From: Balamuthia mandrillaris
Lineage: Eukaryota
Assembly: GCA_031835245.2 (NCBI GenBank)
Contig: JAVKOQ020000020.1
Span: 1-64,000, forward strand
DNA: 64,000 bases
Direction: 5' to 3'
A model generated the notes under the pieces. The model saw nothing but the letters and a program-made list of their open reading frames with translations. It was not told where the DNA came from and searched no databases. Below, in pieces: positions 1 to 9,896 of this stretch (position 1 is the first letter of the stretch; every line of letters starts with the position of its first letter). The position numbers were made by a program, and so were the translations under genes.

Positions 1-5
1 AAAAT

Positions 6-88
6 GGTAGATATCCCACCCCACGACCATAAACTTCCCACCCCACCGATAAAAATTCCACCCCTCAGGTAAAAGTCCCAACCTATTA
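6..88 (+). repeat. Left TIR of MULE with ~21-22 nt internal subrepeats (core TCCCACCCC)
   Basis: Four CCCACCCC-type cores; inverted match to 3641-3723. Confidence 0.85.
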
Positions 89-421
89 GGGTGACATGAA
101 TTATGAGTAACTCTATCGTTACATTGCTACTGTGTTTCTCTTTGCTTGGCGAGAGGAATAACCGTTGTAAAAGAAACTGTCAGGAATTGAAAGCATGCTG
201 TATCCTTGGTCAACGGTTATTCCTCTCACCATTCTTGCCCGCCATACTTTTCTTTTTGTTCCCGCCTTTTTTTTCAATAACGTTACCGTTACTTTTTCTT
301 GGGTTGTAACAAGGTCTTCTTCTTTAACTTTTTTCTTTCAACTAGAAACAGCTACACACAACCATCACACACCTTTTTTGTTTGTTTGGCTTTTTGTTTT
401 TTCCTTTTTTTTTTTCTCATT

Positions 422-3400
422 ATGGAAGCGAAGAAAAAAATATTTGCCGAGATTTACGGGTGGATTTTTGAACGAAAGGTTCCATTGCAGCAGCTTTCAC
501 GGTTGTACAATGGTGGAGAGGATGCTCCGACCTTTTATCGAGTCCAATGGAGATCAACTCGTGGGCTTACAAAGCGAACAGGAGTGAAGGTGCTTAGTAA
601 TCCGCGGACCACCCTTGAAGGAGTGAAAGGGTTGGTGGCGCCTAAAGTCAAGAAGGTGAAGAATGGGGTCCTTGAGGTTGCACTCAGCGAGAATCTTCAC
701 TGCTCTGGCGGCTTTGCCTGTGCTCCTCCTGCAAGAGGAAAGAAGAACAAAAAACTAAAGGACTGTGAAGTACAAAGCCGTTGGGTGGTGTTTAGAGATG
801 AGCTAAACACTGCCTACATCTACATCCAGAAGGAAGCCCAAAGCCACGGACCTGGGTTTTGCGCGCCTTCCGCTTTGCCTATGACACCTGCGCTTCGGCA
901 GTGGCTCCGCCAGATGGATGGGCAAGGAACAAAAGAAGACGGAATGAATGGGAGAGGAGGAGCAATGACGGCGCACGAGCTGCAACGAATGTTGCTGGGG
1001 GGCGCTTGTGAGCTGGTCAAGGATGCTCGGGATGTACCCACTGTGCAGGAGATTGCCACTGTAATCCACAACGGAAGGAAAAAACTGCGAATCGGCAAGA
1101 AAGGGCAAACCAGCGCAGAAGCCCTCCAAGAGGCCTTGAATCGGCCAGAACTGGCTTCTACTATCCTTTTCCCACCTTTGGAGAGCCGTGAAACGTACAT
1201 CCTTGATCGCACGGCGGCCCGTCGGCCATGGATGATTTTTCTGATCGCGCCTTATGCAGTCACTGTGCTTCGCGCCTTATGCAGTCACTGTGCTTCAGCG
1301 ATGGGGTAAGGATGTAGTCGGCCTGGACAGCATCTACAAGCTATCCAAGTCACATCCCCCCGTTTGGGCACTGGTGGTGCAAGATGACTTGGGACGGAGC
1401 TGGCCTGTTGCCTTCGCTGTTGCTAGCAAGGAACGAGCAGCAGTTGTGCGCTTTTTCCTTTCGTCTGTTCGTCACTTTTTTGAGACACAGACGACAACGA
1501 TCTACTCCCCAAAACCTACGTGGCAACCCTTCGTAATGATCGACAAAGACAAGGTGGAGCGTAACGGGGCGACAAGTGCTGGCTTTCAGGTGGTGTTGTG
1601 TGACTTTCATGCACAACAACTGTGGAGAAAAAAAGTTGCGCAGTATGGTTTGTTCTCTCTCTTTCATGCATCTGCTCTCTCCCTCTCGTTGTTGCTCATA
1701 CAAGTAGAAACTAACAATAATACCAAACAACAAGGGAAGGATGATGGAAGTGTATTGGGTTTGTTAAAAAGACTGCAACATGCCATGACAGAAGATGCAG
1801 AGGAAGAAGCAACAAAAGTGTTGAAGAACTATTGCCAAAAAAAGAGGATTACCCGTTTTTGGCAGTACTTTGACAAGAACTGGCTTTCTCCTCCATGGGC
1901 ATCAACGTGGAAAAGCATTGATCGTCCTGGGTACCGAGAGGGCTTGTGGAATACCAACAATGCAACAGAGACGATCTTTCGTAGCATTCTTCGTGATTTC
2001 CACTGCAAAGGCACCAAAGGGGATCACAACTTGGTCTTAACGCTAGCAGACAATGTGTTTCGCCGCTACAATGTGGAGCTCACCCGCATCGATGTACTAC
2101 AGCAACGCCCAAGCCTTGGTGTTTGCCGGCTTTGGAGGAGATATCAAGAGGGATTGCGGCTGGCACAGCACCAACAGAGTGAGAAACAGAAAGAAAAATA
2201 AGAAATAGAGAATGGCAGCAAAAACGATGACAACAACAACGACAGAGAGGAAAAAGAGGTAGAAGAAGGATTGAACGCACATTTTGTAGAGCTTGCTGAC
2301 GGCGTTTTCAAATGGAATGAGTACGACGTGACTATAGAATTGCCTTCATGCCCCTGTCCTTACTTTCGGTATTATGGTAGGAGGTGCAAACACGTTTTTG
2401 GACTTGCTGCTCATCTACAGAAAACATTTTCAGATCAGAACCTTTTAGAGCTTGGGCTGAAAAGACAAACAAGACGCACCAACAGCAGCACCTCACAAGT
2501 GGCAAGAATAGTTGAAGATGACATCGTTGAAGCAGATGATACTGACTCCCTGGAGCAACGTGTAGCGCCTGTTACCCTTGATGATGAAGATGGGGAAGGA
2601 GAGGAGGGAGATGAACAGGACGAGGAACAGCAGGCGCTGCTACTGTTGGAGGAGCCATCGATGGATGAACTTGGTGAGGACGACGGCGGAGATCTTGAGG
2701 AAGAAACTTCTGAAGGAGAAGAACACAACAATAAGAAAGAAGAGAAGGAGGAGAAGGAGGAGAAGGAGGAGGAGAAGGAAAAGGAGAAAGACAAACTGAA
2801 TGCAAACAAAAATCAAGGAACAAAGCATCAACATCCAGTGGAGCCAAAAATCGAGTACTCTAGCAAGGAAGAAGCAGAACAAGCAATCGCATATGCTACA
2901 GGGAAGTCATCACCTGGGAGGCCGCGCAATACAACAAAGAGGCCGAAAGTAGCAACCAACCTGCGACTCACAGAAGAATGATTGCTTGAATTAAGTTAGT
3001 ATCTCTTTTTTTTAAACAAAATCTCTCCCTCCTTTCCTACTTTTAGCTAACACCTCACACAAACACCAGAAACCGAACGTACCTTTCAATCAAATTTAAC
3101 AAAACCTGAAACAACAAAGAAAAAGGCAGCGGCGGTGGCGGCGGCTGCACCAAAAAAACAACAAAATCAAAAAACAAAAACGCAAAGTGGTATGTTTGTC
3201 ACTTTTTGTATCAAGCAGATTCTTTTTCTGAAGTTGATGTTTGTCATTTTTGAAGAGTGCAAAGCAAAGCGTACCTCTCAATGGCAAAAGAACTGTAAAA
3301 CGGAAGAGATCTATGGCGTCGCACCCGTGGTGAACTACCAGGATCCCCGAGTGGACAAAAGGAAGCCTCTCTCTCCAAAACGACAACTGAAGCCCAACCC

Positions 3401-3581
3401 ACGGTACCAGAAAACACAGGTCGTGAAGCTCCTCTCTCCTCAAAAAAAAAGAACAGAACGAAGAAAAGGTGCCCAGCGTGACAAAGAAAAGACTGGCCAA
3501 AAGAACAAAACGAAAAAAAAAAGCCCCCTAAAAAATAAATTTTTGATTTTTCTGATCCCTTTTCTCCACTCTCTAAAATAA
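422..3581 (+). pseudogene. MULE transposase with SWIM zinc finger; frameshift and nonsense lesions
   Basis: ATG at 422. MULE DDE-domain motifs GLDSIYK, VMIDKD, LCDFH and TNNATE; SWIM finger CPCPYFRYYGRRCKH. A 25-bp tandem duplication (1246-1295) shifts the frame. In-frame TAA at 2199-2201. TGA at 2979-2981 may also be premature, as further exon-like sequence runs to ~3581. Confidence 0.88.
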
Positions 3582-3640
3582 TGGCCAGCGCACGCTTTGG
3601 TGGCAAAATAGCACAAAAATAATAGGTTGTTATAAATACA

Positions 3641-3740
3641 TATTAGGGTGGGTAAATTACCTGAGGGGTGGGACGTTTACCGAAGGGGTGGGACTTTTAG
3701 CGTTGTGGGGTGGGACGTTTACCCGATTCGCTGGGCAACC
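3641..3740 (-). repeat. Right TIR of MULE
   Basis: GGGGTGGGA cores spaced ~21-22 nt apart; reverse complement of the window start. Confidence 0.85.
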
Positions 3741-5354
3741 ACAACAGTATATAATAATGAGTTTTCCGTACATGTCTGACAAGTCGTCGCTGTCCTTTTT
3801 GTGTTCAATGGCAAGAAAGCCAACATAAACACACTCCGATATGATCAGCTCATTGTTTATCAGGTTGGAACATGCAGGTGCTGCTAAGCCAACGATCCCA
3901 TCTGGACGCCATGTCTTGTTGTATGTAGCTTTTTTTACTTTTTCTCCGGCCATTAACATATTGAGTAACTCTGTCTTGCTAAGCCTTTGAGGATCCTTTA
4001 AAGGATACCCTTTGTCTTTCACAGTCCCTTTCCTTGGAAAGATACAGCGTTAGACTCTTATTATCTCGAAACCACCAACAAACACAAACAACAATGACAA
4101 AACAATGAGGAGAAGAACCTACCATGCTCTGTCCAAACGCTTGGAACAGCCAAAAATGAAGCACGAATAGAGCCAAATATATAACTCCATCTCTATAGTA
4201 CCTTCGCTCCGCAATCCTGATAAAATCGCCTCCATATCTTCTGAAAGACGATATAGATGGCTTGCGCAAGACTGAAAGTTGGCATCTGTCGTATCAAACG
4301 TGAACTCTTTCGGTATTGTGAGGTCACTGGTTTCATAAAACCCATCAATGAATAACACTTTAAAGCCATGCTATAAAAAAAGATGTTTCTGTACTGTTAG
4401 TCAAAGGAATGACGGAAGAAGCAAAGCAAGAACCAAGAACTTACTTCTTGTGCGTTAGGACAACGAGCAAGTTTGGGCCGCAAAGTGCTTTCCAATGCAG
4501 TCGGCAATCGAAAGTGCCGATAGGAGGCAAAGACATTCCTCACCCAGCAGAACTTCGCCGCGTTTTGGTGGGCAAGTGGCACCTTGCAAAGGCCGTTGCC
4601 AGATGATAAGATCAAAGGCTTCTGGATACGCCTGCTGGCTAGCAATTCATCGGGAACTTTGTGCTGCAAGCAATGGGTGCTTGGGGAAGTATTTGGCTCC
4701 TTGGCCATACGAAAAGACTTGCGCAAGTCGGCTAGTCCTGCAGACGGTCGGCCTGGCGTTTGCAAAGTTAGTGGTAGCTCAGAGAGAAAAGAAAAAGCCA
4801 ACTTTTATCTTACCCTCTCGTGAGGAGGAGCTTTCCCTAGATGACGTCCCTGGCACGTCCAGAGAGACGGTTTGTGTGTGTGCATGTAACTGCTTGTCAA
4901 GCAGCTGCACAACCTCGCAAAGCTGACGGTAGTGGTCGTTTAGCCGTGTGAGCTCGCTGGGAGAGGCCTTCAGTATCTCAACTAAAATCTGATTCATTTG
5001 TGATTTTAGGTTTTCCTTGTGCTTCTTTAGGTTTTTTTTGTGCTTCTGGCGTTCTTCTTCCTCTCTCTGGCGTTCTTCTTCCTCTCTCTGGCGTTCTTCT
5101 TCCTCTCTCTGGCGTTCTTTTTCCTCTCTCTGACGTTCTTTTTCCTCTCTCTGGCGTTCTTCCTCTCTCTGACGTTCTTCTTTTACTTTTCGTACGATCT
5201 GCTCGGCCGTTTGTAGTTGCTGCTCTAGACTGGCGACTTTCTTGAGCCTCGCCTCCTGTTCTTCAGGAGCATCAACGAGTGCCAAGAGCAGGGCATCTCG
5301 TGCTTCTTGCAATCTTGCACGAAGGGTTTTCAACACGGCCTCTGCGGTGCTCAT
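3741..5354 (-). pseudogene. Coiled-coil + putative PD-(D/E)xK (REase-fold, Crinkler-like) protein, 3'-truncated by the MULE
   Basis: Exons 5354-4814, 4752-4445, 4370-4123 and 4032-3741 splice in frame via GT-AG. Motifs SEGTIE...RPDG...AIEHKK. The ORF runs into the TIR after MYGKLIIIYC. Confidence 0.65.
5045..5180 (-). repeat. 21-nt coding tandem repeat encoding (ERQREEE/K)n
   Basis: CTGGCGTTCTTCTTCCTCTCT-type unit repeated about 6 times. Confidence 0.9.
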
Positions 5355-5608
5355 CTATGCCACTTGTTTCTGTTTTTTAAAGGGGCAACCTCTATGTACA
5401 ATATATCGCCTTATCAACAGTTTTTTTTTTCCAAGGAACAATCAGCAGACAACGAGAAAATTTAACGGTTAAAGTGCCGGTGGCATTTCCCGCCTTTTTT
5501 CGAACCTACTTTACCAGCTTCTCCACCAGAGCATCTCGTTTACGTGCTGAAGCGTCCTCCAAGAAACTCCGTTCCCGCTTTGAACAAGATCGGCTTCAAA
5601 AAGAGGTT

Positions 5609-5649
<41 letters not shown>

Positions 5650-5876
5650 ATTCTCGTTTGAAACACAAAAACAAAATAGGAAATGGAACATCACAAAAGG
5701 TCTTCCATCTTTTACGGCGCTCGCCGTTCGTTACAATCATCCTTCCTCCTCTTCCTATTCTCAACAAAAAAGCTTTCGTCGAATTCCACCGCATCACCAT
5801 GAAGAAGAATCTCGTGTTGTTGGGACTGCTGGCTCGATGGTCAGTTCGATGACCTCTTCTGGTCGTCTTTGTGGTT

Positions 5877-6017
5877 CTCCTCCTCCTCCTCCTCCTCCTC
5901 CTCCTCCTCCTCCTCCTCCTCCTCCTCCTCCTCCCCTCCTCCTCCTCCTCCTCCTCCTCCTCCTCCTCCTCCTCCTCCTCCTCCTCCTCCTCCTCCTCCT
6001 CCTCCTCCTCCTCCTCC
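5877..6017. repeat. (CCT)n microsatellite, probably intronic
   Basis: Directly visible. Confidence 0.95.
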
Positions 6018-6107
6018 CGTGGTGCCTCCTGTGGTTCCTCCTGTGGAGGGTGGTTGTTCGCCTTCTTCTTTCTTTCTGATTCTCTTTTTTTTTTTTGTTT
6101 GCTCAAG

Positions 6108-6622
6108 TTTGCAAGGCTGTAAAGGCATTACAGACGCTGGCTTGAAGCGTTTAGGAGGGTGCTCCTCCTTTCCGCGTTTGCAACACTTGAACCTTTCGCG
6201 CTGCGATCCAATAACGTCTGATGGCATAAGTCGAGCGTTAAGCAACAAAACAGGAAGAACAAGAAGATGGCTCGAAGAAGAAGATGAAGAGGAAACAAAA
6301 GAGGAAGAGGAAGTTCACAACAACAAAAGTGGAGTAGTTCACAACAACAAAAGTGGAGCGAACCTTGTCTCTCTGATGTTGGATGACTGCCCAGCGGTGG
6401 ATGAAACTCTTTTGGAGGTCCTCCAAGGCCCCACGTTCTGTCCGAAACTAAAGAGCTTGTCCGTAGTTCGGTGTCCTCGTTTATCTCCTGCGTAAGTATA
6501 TCGGTTTGGTGTTTGTTATTTTTCTTGTGTTCTGGCTAATGTTTGGTCAATGGTGCAGCGTGGTGGCACGATGGAGAGCTGTTCATCGTCCCAATGTTCA
6601 CTGCATCACTGCTAGTGGCTGA
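6108..6622 (+). CDS. 3' exons of an F-box/LRR-type (cysteine-containing) leucine-rich repeat protein; no clear start codon found
   Basis: LQGCKGITDAGL, LQHLNLSRCDPITSDGI, LVSLMLDDCPAV, LKSLSVVRCPRLS. Intron ~6492-6558, stop TGA 6620-6622. Possible upstream exons at ~5517-5839. Confidence 0.65.
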
Positions 6623-6786
6623 AAAATAAAAAAGAAAAGAGAAACAAAGACTGAAGAGAAAAACGGAAAAAGAGAACAAGCAAATAAGACATAAACGAAA
6701 GAAAATGAAGAATAGAAACGGAGCAGATGCAATAATAGTTCCTTTTAGTTTCAAAAAAAGAAAATCAAAGGATGTAACTCAAAGAG

Positions 6787-7072
6787 TTAGTTTTGGCTCT
6801 TCTCTTTGATCTCGCCACAGTCAGTGATGACGACCTTCTCGAGGGGAACGTCTCTGGCGTTGGTGGAGACATTCTCGATGGAGTGCACCACGTCCATGCC
6901 CTCCACTACCCACAACTCGCCAAAGACCACGTGGCGGCCATCCAAATGAGGAGTAGGCACCGTGGTGATGAAGAACTGAGAGCCATTCGTGTTGGGACCC
7001 GCGTTGGCCATTGATAGAATTCCTGTGTAGAGAAAACGAGAGAGAAGAAGCAACAGAAGGAATAGACGCGAT

Positions 7073-7113
<41 letters not shown>

Positions 7114-7604
7114 GAAAAATTTGTGAACAAGTAGTTGTGAAAGAGACGAACCGGCAGCAGAGTGCTTCTCTTTGAAGTTTTCATCAGGGAGGGAGTGGCC
7201 ATAAATGCTCTCACCACCGGTTCCCTGTTTGGTAGAAGAAAGACGACAAAGAAGCATAAGAGGAAGTACAGGAAAAAGAAGAAGAACAAGAAGAAGAAGA
7301 AGAACAAGAACAAGAACAAGAACAAGAACAAGAACAAGAACAAGAACAAGAACAAGAACAACAACAAAGACAACAACAACAACAACAACAAAGACAAAAC
7401 AAGACAACAACAACAACAACAACAACAACAAGGAGAAGAGTTGTGAGAAGAAAAACAACGTATGAAAAAAAGGCGAAAATGAAGAGAATGTACATTGTGG
7501 CGAGTAAAGTCGCCGCCTTGGATCATGAAGCTCGGGATGACTCGGTGGAAGGTGGAGTTCTGAGAAGTGCAGCGGTCTGCCAGAAGCACCCACTCCCTTC
7601 TCGC
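6787..7604 (-). pseudogene. Cyclophilin-type peptidyl-prolyl isomerase, 5'-truncated and frameshifted
   Basis: [63 protein letters not shown]. Exons 7604-7494, 7224-7152, 7022-6787. One extra base near 7561; N-terminal exon absent. Confidence 0.82.
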
Positions 7605-7776
7605 CTTTGTTGTACATTTTTTCATTCGCCCAAGATCCAAAAAGTTCCACGGCTGTTGGAAAAAAATTGACGCTGGTGTAAATGCTCTTCAGCCGCTTTT
7701 TGTGGACTAATTTTTAACAGCCGAAACAACTTTCCCCCCGTTTTTCGTGGCGGCCACTCGTGACGGAGAAAACAAA

Positions 7777-8343
7777 ATGAGAAAACGAGGAATCAAAGAA
7801 CTGGGTGAGGACAAACACTGGCGGAAGCTCGAGGAACAGCATGAGCAAGAGGAGCAAGAAGAATACGAAGAGATAACGTGGACTCCGCGAAGCCCTGCTG
7901 GACTGCCCGAAGATGACGAAAGGCAAGAGTATGAGCTGCAGGAGATCAAAAGTTTAGCCACACAGAAAGGGAAGCCCGCCATGCTCCGCTTTGATCCTTC
8001 AGTAGTGGATTTCACGGCTCCGGATGCCTGTTCAGAACTAAAGCAGCAACACGACCGCTGTTTTTACCCGTGGCTAAAGCGCTTTGCCACGGGCGCTGTT
8101 CACAAGGATGACTGCAAAGAAGAGTGGGAGATCTACGACCAGTGCATAAAGGTTTGTTGGCCCTTCTCTCTCCCCTTCCTCCTCCCCTCCCTATTTCCTA
8201 TGAGTTTTTTTAATTCCTTTGTTCATGCATCACAGAAAAAGTTGGAACACTACGAGTTGTCTCACTTGCAGTCAGAGTGGCAAAAACCTTCCTTCGAACA
8301 ACTGGACGATATCGACCGCTCAAAAGGGGCAATACGGATATGA
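7777..8343 (+). CDS. MDM35: Mdm35/TRIAP1-family twin CX9C mitochondrial protein with N-terminal extension
   Basis: CSELKQQHDRC...CKEEWEIYDQC twin CX9C; in-frame intron 8152-8235. Confidence 0.8.
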   Translation: MRKRGIKELGEDKHWRKLEEQHEQEEQEEYEEITWTPRSPAGLPEDDERQEYELQEIKSLATQKGKPAMLRFDPSVVDFTAPDACSELKQQHDRCFYPWLKRFATGAVHKDDCKEEWEIYDQCIKVCWPFSLPFLLPSLFPMSFFNSFVHASQKKLEHYELSHLQSEWQKPSFEQLDDIDRSKGAIRI

Positions 8344-8546
8344 ACGTAAATGCCACCCTCACCTTTGAACAACCTTCTTCCACAGAGTGACTCCTATGTC
8401 AGTGCGTAGAAGGAGAAAAGCGTGGTTTTGGTTTTTTGTTGAAGGAAAAAAAAAAAAGCGTGTTACAGGAACAAACCTTCTGTTGTTTCTTTTTGGAGAA
8501 CCAGTGAGAAAAAAAAAAGAAAGGAAAGGAAAAAAAAGGCAAGCAA

Positions 8547-9206
8547 ATGGAAGGGCCTGCTTCATCTTCTACCACTTTAGGCCCTACGCTGCCCTTTTGC
8601 TTAGTGCTCATAGACCTTCAAAACGATTTCTTTTCGCCTTCTGGCTTCCTCAAAGAGAGTCACATGGATGCCAGCCCTCTGCTCTCGCCGGTGCTTGCTC
8701 TGCGGCACTATGCGGAAACTCACGGCGCCCCTGTAGTTTGGGTTAAAGCCGACTATTCGCAAGCACGACACGTCGAGGAGCAGAACAGAGGCCTGACCCA
8801 CACGGGGCGGAGGGCTTGTTGTGTGGCTGGCACATTTGGGGCTGAGCTGTGCGCCACATTTGGTGAGCCATCGCCCAAGGACCTCGTTGTGAACAAGCGC
8901 TGGTACTCAGCCCTGAAAGACGAGAAGAGGGGCGATGCCAACCAGGAAACGCTATCATCTTTCTTACACGCTCAAAGCAGGCAGTTGAACCACCTTGTTC
9001 TGTGTGGGGTCATGGCCCACGTCTGCGTCAAACACACAGCCTTGGATGCACTGCAACAAGGCTATCGGGTTTCGATAGCGTCTGATGCGACGGCGTCTCT
9101 CAACAGCAGGCAAAAGTTACGAGCACTGGAGGAGTTGCGGGCAGCAGGAGCGGCCATCCTAACCACTGCGGAACTAACGAAAGGGGACGGCACGCATAAC
9201 GGTTAG
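8547..9206 (+). CDS. Isochorismatase/cysteine hydrolase family protein
   Basis: LIDLQNDF, KRWYSAL, CGVMAHVCVKHTALDA (D-K-C triad); intronless. Confidence 0.88.
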   Translation: MEGPASSSTTLGPTLPFCLVLIDLQNDFFSPSGFLKESHMDASPLLSPVLALRHYAETHGAPVVWVKADYSQARHVEEQNRGLTHTGRRACCVAGTFGAELCATFGEPSPKDLVVNKRWYSALKDEKRGDANQETLSSFLHAQSRQLNHLVLCGVMAHVCVKHTALDALQQGYRVSIASDATASLNSRQKLRALEELRAAGAAILTTAELTKGDGTHNG

Positions 9207-9229
9207 CGGTTTTCGTTGTCTCATTGATC

Positions 9230-9669
9230 GGCTTGATCTTGGCGCCCAAGTTCGACACCCAGAGGATGGTTACCTGGGGCCAGAGGAGGATTGGATCGAG
9301 GACAGCAAGAGCCATGCTGACTTGGTCCCACTACAGGTTTCGTCAGCGACTCTTGAACAAGGCCAGAGAGTACCCATGGTGCAACGTGGTCATCTGCGAT
9401 GAACAATACACCGCCAAGACGTGTGGGCGATGTGGCACTCAACCATCAACTTGGACGCAAGAAGACGTTTCTGTGCAGGGCTTGTATACAGGCATGTTTG
9501 TACATACATTACGGACAGGGATGTCAATGCAGCACGGAACATCATGCTCCGCTTCTTCTCTTTGCGAGCAGGGTCCTTCATGGGCTCTGCCTTGGGACCT
9601 CCCCCTGCCACCACAATAACTTGGTGGATGCAGAATTTGTGCAGGCTTGACCAAGACTGTCCGTAGTGG
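9230..9669 (+). mobile_element. Fanzor (eukaryotic TnpB, Fanzor2/IS607-like) relic: C-terminal RuvC/zinc finger plus 3' end
   Basis: LILAPKFDTQRM...MLTWSHYRFRQRL...DEQYTAKTCGRCG / LNHQLGRKKTFLCRAC / TDRDVNAARNIMLRF across three frames (shifts at ~9437 and ~9490-9510). Confidence 0.88.
9507..9669 (+). ncRNA. Putative Fanzor omegaRNA scaffold (boundaries uncertain)
   Basis: Hairpins 9568-9590 and 9605-9633; long-range pairing 9507-9518 with 9657-9668; overlaps the 3' end of the Fanzor ORF as in known omegaRNAs. Confidence 0.5.
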
Positions 9670-9896
9670 GCGTAAGTTGCGCAGTAGGCGTAACGGTTTT
9701 AATGGAAAAAGGAGCAAGGATATTATGGGACGAGGCCTCCTGTGCTGTTGAGGGTTCCGGCCCCCTCAAATTTTTTTTTCAATTTTTTATTTTCTTTTCT
9801 CTTTTTTCTCTCTTCCTCCCCTGAGACACTCTCGCCCCACACCCCCTCCCCTCCTCCGGATCACTTTTTCACACACACACACCCCTCTCCGACAAC

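Larger units (their letters stand above)
1..3740 (+). mobile_element. Mutator-like (MULE) DNA transposon, inactivated; left terminus probably ~12 nt upstream of the window
   Basis: Bases 6-88 align without gaps to the reverse complement of 3641-3723 (63/83 identities, hand count). The interior encodes a MULE transposase. The right end is inferred at ...CTGGGCAACC 3740. Confidence 0.88.

Noticed and set aside
1..90. Repeat-spacer-like pattern resembling a mini CRISPR array
   Set aside because: Units are only ~21-22 nt in total and are mirrored at 3641-3723, so they are TIR subrepeats; there are no cas genes.
2199..2201. Stop-codon readthrough or alternative genetic code in the transposase
   Set aside because: Other genes use TAA/TAG/TGA as normal stops, and the element has an independent frameshift.
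9655..9668. ...TAGTG could be a CACTA transposon right end
   Set aside because: No matching CACTA left TIR or transposase was seen; pairing with 9507-9518 inside the Fanzor end explains it better.
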